The position numbers and the translations under genes were made by a program. Below, one piece after another: positions 1 through 12,329 of a DNA stretch of 64,000 nucleotides; position 1 is the stretch's first letter, and every line of letters starts with the position of its first letter. Source of the stretch: Octopus bimaculoides. Lineage: Eukaryota. The stretch is taken from the NCBI RefSeq assembly GCF_001194135.2, contig NC_068982.1, forward strand, positions 68,661,262 through 68,725,261. Direction: 5' to 3'. The notes under the pieces are model-generated. The model saw only the letters and a program-made list of their open reading frames with translations. It was not told where the DNA came from and did no database searches.

Positions 1-34
<34 letters not shown>

Positions 35-3000
35 NNNNNNNNNNAGGTAAAAACTCAATTAAAATCAATTTATTAAAGATTAAAATTAAATTAAGTTTCA
101 CAGTGGATTTTCATCGATGAGTTCATGAACCTTGGTTCTTTTCCCTAAAACTATATATTTATATATATATATATGTGTCGATATCTATAATTTGTTAACT
201 TAAAGCGTCAAGTTTTATATGATCTTACGGGGATATTTTTAGAATAACACTAGTTGCGTGTGAAACAAAAATTCTGTCTAGGTAGAAAGGAAAATGGGAC
301 CCATTACTTAGTTATTTGCATGTAGATGTTATAATTTAACTTGTTCTCTTCTTTCTATTCAACTTTTACAATGGTGTGTGAAAGAGCGAGAAATCATTGC
401 TGCACCCAAGGAAGACTTAAGCATAATCATTTGTTTTATAAATTATATTTAAATAAAATTCTTCATTTGTTCTCCGTGTTATCTTATACCTTGTGGGTAT
501 TTCACATTATCAGTATCTGCATCTTCAACAAATGCATAAATATGAAATACATAAATCACTGTAGAACATTTTGTAAGTTTTAGATGTAGGGCGAGTATTT
601 TCTGTGTTTATGATATTGTAAGCTATTTTGTACACACAAAATATATTTCAGATTGTGATATGTGGTGTATATATGTGTGTGTCTGTGTTTACACACATGA
701 TATATGGGGGGCTAATGCAGTTTCGCACCTCTCATATCATGTATACATGTAGCATGTGTGTATATATGTTGTGTTACCATATATATAATACTTAAAAATT
801 GACGAGTATTTTAATTTTATCTAATATATATATTGATAATTAAAATATTCTTCAATTTTATTTTTAATTTGTATTTGTCATCTGGAAGATTCTGTTTAAC
901 AAATTCTTCCGTCCCTCATCGAAAAATATAAATATTTGCAATGCTATAATCCCAAACCCATACATAGCATTCTAATCTCTTGTCTTGTAATTTTAATCCG
1001 GCGATGTTTCGAGAGAACTTGTATCGAAACATCGCCTTTAATCCTTACCAACAGTTCTAATCTTTGTTTATTAGCTATTTAATGCCTGCTTTTCTATAAT
1101 CAGTCTGAAATCTCAGCATGTTCACATTTTCAGCATGATATATCTAATGTGTCTTGATGTGGTTTCTGCGAAGAATTAGACTTGTTACACAAATAAGTCA
1201 ATAATATAGTTCATTCAAGTAAATGGTGGCTCCTCTTCTAGAATAGTTGATTGTTCGTATGTATTCTTTTAAATTAATGTATTGAGAAGTGTACAATTAG
1301 CTTCTTAAACCCTTTTTTTTTTTTATTTGTCTTCCAGATTCTAGTTTAATGTAAATTGTCAGTGTTTGGTTTTTTTTTTTTAAATTCTTGTACTCTTATC
1401 TTTTTTTTTGTTTTCTCTCTATCTGATGCTGAATAACTGATGTTTTTTTTTATTCTTCGTTTCTTTCTTTTGTAATGAATAAACAGAATATCAAATAACA
1501 GTTCAACGGCTCCTTAATTGGCCTTTATTGGAAATTTTCTTTAAAATCCTTGATTCTACTCAACGCTGTGTGTGGTGTGTAGGGTAATACTTATTTAAAG
1601 GATTATAGTTTGTTGTGTGCATGTCCTCGTGCGCGCACACACACACACATACAGAATATATATATACGCACACACACATATACATGCACATACATACAAA
1701 GACGTAGACTATTGTATGGAAGAAAAAAAACAGAAGCATCATAATACCAAGTATATAAGCGTAATATCAGATAAATACACCCAACACTCCTAATGAGCTT
1801 ATAAACACTGGTTCATACATGACTCCCGTCTGAATGGTACATCAGATCTGTTAAGACTCCCAGATCTGTCTAGATGAATGAATATTACAAGTGCGTTGCC
1901 CAAATATACAGCAATACACAGTGGATTTAAACTCAAGATGTGTATAATGCTAGTTTAATACTTTATCCATCCAAACATTTTGCGTCTCTGATATGTTTGT
2001 GATATCAATATTTGTCTAGGATTAAGTATAGTTACTATGGGGATAAATCTTCAAATTTCTGTTTTGCATCATAGTGTCATTGAAACGATAATGTATCACG
2101 TTAATGTGAAATTTGATCATCTTAACGATTTTCATTTCGTTAACATTTCCTTTAAAAATGCCAATGATTATGAAAAACGTTAACCTAGGAAGATGTTGAA
2201 TTTAACACCACCTACTGAATATTGAAAATAAAAATTGATAATGATTAAATCATGTTTTAAATCCAGGTTCATTTGCGTTAAGTGACTCGTTTTCGGTAGA
2301 ATACTGGTTTATTATTATACTCAACACTCTTGAAAATGTTTACTTTCTCTTCACAACAGCTGTGATTAAATACTCAGCTCAGAAACAAAGAAATACATGT
2401 ATTGGATATGAATATGCCACCAATGTGGCTCAGTTTATTATATCATCATCGTCGTTTAACGTCCACATTTCCTTTCTTGCATGGATCAGATTTTCTGTGG
2501 CTGGATACCCGTCTTTTCACCAACCTTCACATGTTTCCAAGTAAGGTAATATTTCCCCAAGGCCAGATATGTATTTTTACTGAATATTGGAAATGAATGA
2601 CACTACTATTTTATTTACCAACTATCATGCGATGTCAAGACAAGGTGACACGAACACGCTCTCTCATAGGCATACATATACACACAACAATCTTCTTTCA
2701 GTTTCCATTTACCAAATTCACTTATAAAACTTTGGTCAGCCAGGAGCTATAGAAGACACTTGCCTAAGGTGCCATACAGTGGGACTAACCCGAGACTATG
2801 TGATTGAGAAACAAACTTTTTAACTTACACAGCTATGCCCACACTTACACTACTAAGTAAATATATATTTGCTGAAACTATCATTTCAGTCATCTTACTG
2901 CCTTAAATGTACATGAATATATAAATTATCTGGAAATATTTTATAATCATTTCATTGACTTCTTGTCAGTTGAATTAACTGGGAAGTTAATGAATGTCCA

Positions 3001-3329
3001 ACTATGACTATGTAATGAGAAACTCTTATCAAATGATTCGTTTGTTTTGTACATAATTTCCATTGGTTTTTATTTTATATATTCAAAACTGTCTTCTACA
3101 TCATATACCCTCACATGGCATCTTCTGAAATTGTTGCTAGCAATTTTAGATATAGTCAAATCAATTTCATATTTGAAGACATTTGATGTATAATTGTGTT
3201 GGCTAAGCTTTTAACTATTTGCATTTGTGAAAAATGTTTCAGAAGATTATTTTCATGAATAAATATTGTATACATGTTATCATAATTATTTCATGTCTAT
3301 TTTCTGATACTTGAATAGGTTAGTTGAGT

Positions 3330-4075
3330 CTTCTCCATGACAGCATTCTTTTATCCTGTCCTGCTTTCACCACTTACGTCCATGTCTTTTTGACCTTATT
3401 TTTCCATTGGTTCTTTCCACTTGGTACACCTAGTACTTCTTTACCCATCTCTCATTATCCATGTGCATTACATGTCTGTAGTAACTCAATCATCTCTCTT
3501 GCACATGGCATCTGATTTCTATTATATCCAGTTTTTCTCTCAGTTCATGTACCTTGTCTTTATCTGAACTAACATTATATTTCTCTTGGATCATGCTCGC
3601 TTCATTCCTTTCTAACCTTTGCACCTCTTCTTCATTTATTACCCATGTCTCATTGCCATACAGCATGCAGTTCACACACAAGCATCATACAATCTACCTT
3701 TACTGGGAGAAGAAAAAAAACCCTTGGTTATCGTCAGAAGTAATAACTCTGATCTTGTTCTGGCTGCTATGCTTTCTGAACATCCTCCACCACTGCTGGT
3801 TAGGTATATCTCGATGATGCTTCATCATCATCATCACTTAACATCCATGTTCCATGCTGGCATGGGTTGGATGGTTTGATAGGATCTGATGGGTCCAAGG
3901 ACAGTATCATGCTTCATTATCTACTTTGGCATAGTTTCTACAGCTGGTTGCCCTTCCTAATGCTAACCACTTTACAGCATGTACTGGGTACTTTTTATCA
4001 TACCCTTAGCACTAGTGAGGTCACCATGCAGCTTACCAGACAACAACCTCTGAGTGAGGCAGTCTTATGCTAGAA
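3330..4075 (-). mobile_element. Degenerate RTE LINE fragments
   Basis: MLYGNETWVINEEEVQRLERNEASM on -, plus a reverse-oriented tail starting (CAT)n at about 3825. Confidence 0.8.
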
Positions 4076-4262
4076 GAGGAATGTAAGGAGCCAGAACAGA
4101 TTTCTTGCTGTAGAGGGACCACATGGCTACTCACATTTTACAAGAGAGGATGAGGAATGATTGGGATGGAGATTTTTTTCTAAATATTTTGTGTGTGTGT
4201 GTGTGTATATATATATATTTACTGGGAAATGGATGCGTGGCATTCAATCATATATTAATATA

Positions 4263-4299
<37 letters not shown>

Positions 4300-7059
4300 T
4301 ATATGGGTACAGGACATCACAAAACAAAAACAACATGAAATACGAAGACAGACTTTGGTATGTGAACAATGAGAGAAACAAATGGAAAACAAGATAAGTA
4401 ACATAAAAAACGACCCGTCATCAGTCGTCGGTTGTCCATCTACTCCTCATTTCGAGCAATTAACAACAATATGAGGCTTCAAAAAGACAGTTGCTCCTGC
4501 AAACCAAAATAAAGTTTGGGATTTGCGGAGGGTCAAAGTTGGTAACAAAAACAGGACAGTGGAAACATACAACAAACCAAACAAAAACAAACATGGAGGG
4601 GTGTTAGGCCAGATGAGGTAAGGTAGCAAATGCTGGAAGAATGGAATATTGTCTTTGCCAAGGGAAAAGATAGAAGAGGAGACAGATAAGAATACATCTG
4701 GTCTGTAAGACAGACAGAAAGAAATGAAAGATGATCATGTGAGGAAAAGAAAGATGGACGATGGTCACGTGTGAACAATGAGAGAGAGTAAAGGGGAAAG
4801 ACGGAGAGAGAGAGATATATGTATGCATATATATATATATATATATTATATTATTATACACACACACACACGAGTGAATGGACAAACGAAAGAAGAGCAC
4901 CCAACACATTTATTGGGAGTTACATGTATGGATCAAAACAGTTGAATCAAACAGCTTTGACTCATATATATATATTGAAATCAAATGCTAACTTTTCAGA
5001 TATGATTTCTTTATAGTTACGATAGTTGTTAGTTCGACTAGACAAAACTGCATTTTCTGTTTTTGAAATGTTAAAAAATTTCCATGATCTACAAGAAATA
5101 TGTTATCTACTTTATTCAGAAGTTAAAAATATGTATTTATGCACATGGAATTTAGTAGAACTGCCATTATAAGTCTTTTTTTTTTTCTTCATCCCTCAGT
5201 TTCATATTTCACTCAAAGAAGCTCATTTGTTCTGTGAAGTTTCAAATGTGTTTATAATGATTTTTTGCTGCATTATTTGTTTTAAAGCTGAGAATTTTAT
5301 CACCGTTTTGATATGAAAAATGTCATTTGATGTTTTGAGACAGTTTCACTTACAGTCCAGCTGACTGAAAAACTCTCTTTAATCCTTTAAAGGTCAAGTT
5401 TACTGTTTTGACATTCTATAATTTTTAATAGGTTATAATAAGTGCTATGTTTTAGCTTTAAATTCATTTTAACACAAGTTCTTTTAAAATTTTTATAGGT
5501 TGATATTCATCTTTTCAGTACTTAGTTTTCATTTTTTGCATCTAGGGATCTATTTGTGAACTCTCTTGCTGACCTTTGGGAGATTGCATTATATGATTAC
5601 ACGTATATTTCCTGGAAGTTATTCGTACACCTGTTACTTGTCATTGTCATGATTAATAATATTGATGGTGATTAATAATGATAAATGTCAAGTGATGTGT
5701 GAAATATGTCCTCAGCATGACATCATTATCATCATCATCATTATTTTACATTTGCTTTCCTAACTAGCATGGGTTAAAGGATCGTCACAGCTGGAGTTAT
5801 CATGTAATTTGGGCATGCTGCTCAATTTGTCTGAGAAATCTCATCACATTTGCATTTAATTTTTGGCATAGTTTCTACAGCTGAATTCCCTTCCTAACAC
5901 CAACCACTTTACTAAGTGTACTGGCTTCATTTTTCTGGTATCAGTATTAGAAAGGTGTTATGTTCTTGACAAGACTAAAAGGATCTCACAACCCCAAACA
6001 CCTACTTGTTTGCCAGCCTCTTTACAAAGTGAGAGGCTTCAGTGAGACATAAATAATAGTGATGAGTGAGATGTATGATAAGGGGTAGAGTGATAGGAGT
6101 ATTGCGAGTTAGGTATATATATACATATATATTTAAGGCAATGTGATTTTGGATATAGAATGATGACAGACCCGGAATGTGTGACCAGAAGAGATAGAGC
6201 AATGACAGAGGATTAGGATGTGTGGGAGAAAAGGAACAAGAGTATGATATCAGACAAAGTGAAACAGTGATGACTCATAAGTAGTACAGGCGAGGAGTAT
6301 GAAGGTGGAGCGTAGTGGCCCAATATAACCACCTAGTGTGTCTTTGAGATGAGCTGCTGGGATTGAGTGATATGAGTTGCAACAAGGGGAGTGGAAAGTA
6401 GGTGGGTCCTGTACTAGTGAATGGTACAAAACAAAGGACTGGTGGTGCGCCAGGCTTGATGCAATAACATCATAAATTATACTAGAAGTAATATATAGCA
6501 AACAGAAGACAATCTCTATCATTCTTCATTCTGTTATTCTTTTCTTTTGCCATTACTTCATCTTAGATCTAATAACTTCATCTCCAAGTCTCTGCTGACT
6601 CATGGCATTTATTCACCATTGAATCAAATATAATGAAAGCATTTTACCTGTGAAAAAGATAATTTATTGTTTAGTTTTATTATCATAATAACAATTAGCT
6701 GTTTCTAGATATATATCATTTGAATTTGTTTACCTTGACTTGTCAGACTTGATTCATACAAATGTAGTAGTTTCTCAATACTTCCTTTTGCCCCACGAAA
6801 AGATTTAAACTCACCTCTGTAAGTCAACAAAACACTCATCAGTATAGAGTGCTCCTACTGTTTATATCTATGACATGCACATAACTTGGTACCTATTCAA
6901 AATTAAAGCATTAGATCATTAAGAATTATGATTGTGAAAGACAGTCTAACCTTTATGACCATCTGTAAACTGTTAATCCTGAAGGTTAACAATTTATACC
7001 TGGCCATATACTCTACTGGAACTATCTCATATTGGTCACTATGACTCTGTTATTGCACT

Positions 7060-7800
7060 GACTGGCACCTGTGCCAACGTCGTCTCCTTCATTGGACACG
7101 AAACTCAGCTTACAAAGACTTATTGGGGCAAGCGAATAGCGAAATCGGGATAGCACCTGTGCCCAGCATCACCTTTCTGGCACTTGTGCCCATGACATGT
7201 GTAAGGATTTTCGAGCGAGATCGTTGCCAGTGCCCCTGGACTGGCTCTTGTGCGGGTGGCACATAAAATACACCATTTTGAGCGTGGCCGTTGCCAGTAC
7301 CGCCTGACTGGCCTTCGTAGGATTTTCGAGCGAGATCGTTGCCAGTGCCCCTGGACTGGCTCTTGTGCGGGTGGCACATAAANNNNNNNNNNNNNNNNNN
7401 NNNNNNNNNNNNNNNNNNNNNNNNNNNNNNNNNNNNNNNNNNNNNNNNNNNNNNNNNNNNNNNNNNNNNNNNNNNNNNNNNNNNNNNNNNNNNNNNNNNN
7501 NNNNNNNNNNNNNNNNNNNNNNNNNNNNNNNNNNNNNNNNNNNNNNNNNNNNNNNNNNNNNNNNNNNNNNNNNNNNNNNNNNNNNNNNNNNNNNNNNNNN
7601 NNNNNNNNNNNNNNNGTAAAAGCACCCACTACATTCTCTGAGTGGTTGGCGTTAGGAAGGGTATCCAGCTGTAGAAACTCTGCCAAATCAGATTGGAGGC
7701 TGGTGTTACCATCCGGTTTCACCAGTCCTCAGTCAAATCGTCCAACCCATGCTAGCATGGAAAGCGGACGTTAAACGATGATGATGATGATGATGATGAT
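7060..7800 (+). mobile_element. RTE LINE 3' UTR/tail with tandem units (contains a gap)
   Basis: Same 3' UTR units as 9770-10410, with the block ggattttcgagcgagatcgttgccagtgcccctggactggctc duplicated. Ends in (GAT)n. Confidence 0.85.
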
Positions 7801-8840
7801 TCTAGATGTGTGTAGGTATCTAACAGCAACATAAATATCTGTATTCAGATTTAGCCATCTGTAGCAGTCTTCCATCATCTTCATTTCATATCTGCTTCCC
7901 ATGCTTGCATGAGTTGGAATTTTTTCAAGATCTGATAAATCAAAGAATCGTGTCTTGATCCAGTGTCAGAGTTTTGAGCTGTATGCCCTCCCTAGCTCCA
8001 ACTATTTTACAAAGCTTACTGGGTGTTTTTTGCTTGGTACCAGCCCTAATGAATCACTTCTTAACTTCCAAGACTGAAGGGCCGTCTCCCTATTTCCAGT
8101 TGAGAGGGAGGCTATGAGATAGGCCAGTCACTTTAAGCAAGATGTTGAGAAGTATTGTGAAAAAACAAAATTTTTCATTCACATTGAATTAATATTTGGA
8201 GGTATTTAAAAAAATTTTTTACCATGCCAAAATTCTCAGATCTTTTAGTTTTTATTAAAATTTCTTTAAAAACCAAAAGAGATGGGAAAAGTCTTTTCCT
8301 TTTTTTTTTTTTTTTTGTCTTTTTTACTGAATTTAAGTCCTTCTGATGTTGAAATAATAGTAATTTCCTGTAAAATACCAAAATACTCAAGAATTGTACA
8401 GCTTTGTAATTTGTGGATAATTGATGTATTATNNNNNNNNNNNNNNNNNNNNNNNNNNNNNNNNNNNNNNNNNNNNNNNNNNNNNNNNNNNNNNNNNNNN
8501 NNNNNNNNNNNNNNNNNNNNNNNNNNNNNNNNNNNNNNNNNNNNNNNNNNNNNNNNNNNNNNNNNNNNNNNNNNNNNNNNNNNNNNNNNNNNNNNNNNNN
8601 NNNNNNNNNNNNNNNNNNNNNNNNNNNNNNNNNNNNNNNNNNNNNNNNNNNNNNNNNNNNNNNNNNNNNNNNNNNNNNNNNNNNNNNNNNNNNNNNNNNN
8701 NNNNNNNNNNNNNNNNNNNNNNNNNNNNNNNNNNNNNNNNNNNNNNNNNNNNNNNNNNNNNNNNNNNNNNNNNNNNNNNNNNNNNNNNNNNNNNNNNNNN
8801 NNNNNNNNNNNNNNNNNNNNNNNNNNNNNNNNNNNNNNNN

Positions 8841-8882
<42 letters not shown>

Positions 8883-9519
8883 TGTTTATATATTATTAGG
8901 TCTGTTGTGAGACTAATTTATGATGGTAGGGTATGGGTTGAAGGAAATTTGGCTAGTAGGGAGTGTGTCTGCACAGAAATCTCATGTTATTGACTCGAAA
9001 TAAACTTTGGTATTGTCATATGATCGGTTATAGTTGAAAATCTATGAAAGACGGTTGTCCAGTTGTGTCAATCTTGTTTGTATATCAGGAACTATAATTG
9101 TTTATTATGATTTTTTTTATTTAAGTGTGTGGTTTCTGAGAACTTTGGCTGCTGTTTTCAACACATTGAGTGACAGCTGAATTGTTATGTGTATTGTCAA
9201 AACCCTGACATATTTGATAGTAAAAATATTTTGTGTTAAGAAAAGTGGTTGCAAAAACTAGAATACATTTTTTATTTGTGTAAATATATAGGTTTCAGAA
9301 AAATATAATGTTTAGCCATTTGTGCATCATACTTAATGTTAATACATGATGATGAGTACAAATTTACTGTAGGAAATATATACCAATATAGAAAAACAGT
9401 GAATAAGCATTCACTGATGTTGCAAATAGCTGCCCAGATGAACAAAAATCCATAACGTGCAACAGAAGTAGTATTAGATTAAAATACTCATTTATATATC
9501 ATGCATAACATTAATGCAT

Positions 9520-10410
9520 TGTAATTGGCAAGAATGGATGAGGATAGCTGTGTGAAAAAGTGCCACACCCTAGCAGTTGAGGGAACCTGTGGAAGAGATA
9601 GACCCAGGAAGACCTGGGATGAGGTTGTGAAGCATGACCTTCGAATATTAGGCCTAACCGAGGCAATGACTTCTCACCGAGACCTTTGAAAATATGCTGT
9701 GCGTGAGAAGACCCAGCAAGCCAAGTGAGACCATAATCCAAGGCCTCTGCCAGGGGTGTAGCCAGCCCACTAATGCGTACCTTTCCTTCATTGGACACTA
9801 AACTCTGCTTGTGAAGACCTGTTGGGGTAAGTGAAATTGTAATTGAACTAAATTCGATGACTGGCACCCATGCCAACGTCTCCTTCATTGGACACTGAAC
9901 TCGGCTTGTGAAGACCTGTTGGGGCAAGTGAAAGCGAAATCGTGATGGCACCTGTACNNNNNNNNNNNNNNNNNNNNNNNNNNNNNNNNNNNNNNNNNNN
10001 NNNNNNNNNNNNNNNNNNNNNNNNNNNNNNNNNNNNNNNNNNNNNNNNNNNNNNNNNNNNNNNNNNNNNNNNNNNNNNTCCCGGTACTTGTGCCGGTGGT
10101 ACGTGAAAAGACATTCGAGCGAGGTCGTTGCCAGTGCCGCTGGACTGGCTCCTGTGCAGGTGGCACGTAAAATACACCATTTTGAGCGTGGCCATTGCCA
10201 GTACCGCCTGACTGGCCTTCGTACCGGTGGCACGTAAAAGTACCCATTACACTCTAAGAGTGGTTGGCGTTAGGAAGGGCATCCAGCTGTAGAAACTCTG
10301 CCAAATCAGATTGGAGCCTGGTGTAGCCATCTGGTTCACCAGTCCTCAGTCAAATCGTCCAACCCATGCTAGCATGGAAAGCGGACGTTAAACAATGATG
10401 ATGATGATAC
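9520..10410 (+). mobile_element. RTE LINE 3' end with repetitive 3' UTR (contains a gap)
   Basis: VEGTCGRDRPRKTWDEVVKHDL, then repeated ccttcattggacac and gccagt...gactggc units, and the terminal catggaaagcggacgttaaacaatgatg. Confidence 0.88.
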
Positions 10411-10415
10411 ACACT

Positions 10416-11302
10416 CATGGTCTGATCAATAAGTATCCAGACTGTTGCCATAGTAACAAGGCTAAATCATGCAGGCAGTGAAGTTGCTTGGTACAGATTG
10501 ACCTTGATCTCTGCTGTACATGCACACTAAGTTTTAACATTCTAGCTCACTTCTGCTGTTTACAGCAGTACTTGGAAGGAAGGTATGTAGCATGTGATCA
10601 TCGCATTAACCATAACAGAAAGTTGAGCAGAGAATCTGCATCAAATTTTGCCAAAAGCTTGATGACACCTGCTTAGAGGCTTATGCAAAGTTTTCAAAAA
10701 GTTTTCATCGTTCTCGACACAATCAAGGAGATCTTATGCAACTAAAACCCAAGTGTCTTTTTGGTCAGCTGAAAGCAGTTTTGGCACAAACTTGATAGAC
10801 ATGTGTCTCATACCCAAGTCTTCAGTGATAATGGACTGAACTGAAACAACTAATTTGCACATCCTCTGATAACTCATTGTTGGTGATTCAATGTTTGCCC
10901 CTCACAGCTGCACGCACATCTGCGATGTTTTTCTCAGGTCTGCTGGTTGTGGGTCTCCAAGAATGGTCGTCAGTATCGACATTTTTTCAGCCATCTTGGA
11001 AATATCTGAACCACGTGTACACTTGTGTGCAGCTCATACACTCATACACTTTCTTCAACTTTGCATAGGCCTCTGAGCAGGTGTTGCCATGACAACTTTC
11101 TCTTGCATGGTCAATGCGATAATCACACGCTACACACCTCCCTTCCAAGCACTGCTGTAAACAGTGGAAGTGAGTTAGAATGTTAAAACTTAGTGCGCAT
11201 GCACAGCAGAGTTTAAGGCAAGCTTTTGTCAAGCGGCTTCACTCTGCATGCTTTAGCTTTATTACTATAGCAACAGTGTGGATATTCATTGATTAGACCT
11301 TG
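10416..11302. mobile_element. Mariner-derived foldback/MITE made of two 5' ends head to head
   Basis: Outer 44 bp are inverted repeats (about 37/44) and similarity continues for about 290 bp per arm. The interior on - reads as a decayed mariner N-terminal HTH (EAYAKLKKVYECMSCTQVYTWFRYFQDG). Confidence 0.8.
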
Positions 11303-11309
11303 TACTTGA

Positions 11310-12025
11310 GTGAAAAGAAGAGTGTATGCTGCATGTATACAAACAACAATTCTACATGGTATTGAGATGTGTGCCCTGAATACAGAGGACATGAAAATGC
11401 TAGAGAGGAATGAGGCTAGTGTGCTCTGCTGGATGAGTAATGTAAGTGTACATATTTGATAGAGTGCTAGTAGATTGAGAAAGAAGGCATAAGGGGAATT
11501 AGATGCAGTGTGCAAGAGAGAAGACTATGCTGGTTTGGTCATGTGATGTGGATGGATGCTAACAGCTTCTAAAGAAGTGCTCATCTCTCGAAGTGGGTGG
11601 AACTCATGGAAGAGGGAAACTCAGGAAGACTTGAGATGAGGTACTGAAGGATGACCTCAGGGCACTGAACCTTTCAGATGAGATGACAAAGGGCTGAGAT
11701 ACCTGGTGCCTTGCTGTACTCAAGAAGACCTGTCCTCCACAGCAGAAGTGTTAAGGCCACTCCTGAAGAGGATTGGGCTGCAAGAGTCCTGTACCAGTGT
11801 ACGTGAAAAGCACTAGTGTTGGTACCATGCAAAAGCGTTTTGTGCTGGTGTCATGTTAAAAGCACCCAGCACATACTGTAAAATACTTAGCGTTAGGAAG
11901 GGCATCCAGCTATAAAAACCAAGCCAAATCAGACTGGAAACTAGTCTCTTCCTTGCCAACTCTGGTCAAACTATCTAACTCATGCCAACATTGAAAATGG
12001 ATGTTAAAGGATGATGATGATGATA
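11310..12025 (+). mobile_element. Degenerate RTE LINE 3' fragment
   Basis: LERNEASVLCWMSNVSVH, RRLCWFGHV and GRGKLRKT, then the RTE tail ending in (GAT)n. Confidence 0.8.
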
Positions 12026-12329
12026 AAGCATAATCATTATAAGATTAAGGCAAAATTATTAGTGTATTGGGCGATATACTTTGTGTATTTACATGTGGGA
12101 AATTCCACAGAACGAAAAATAATTAAGAGCAGCTATTTAAGAAAGAAAGGATGATTTGCATTTTTATTGCATATAAATCGTATTGTTGCTTGTGCAATAA
12201 ATGATAGAAAAATATACAATAACAATCCATACAATACTTAATATGCATATCATTCATTATTATTTGAGTCTATTGAAATTGTAAGATCAATATATAATTG
12301 CATACTCCTCATCATGTAATAACACTCCA

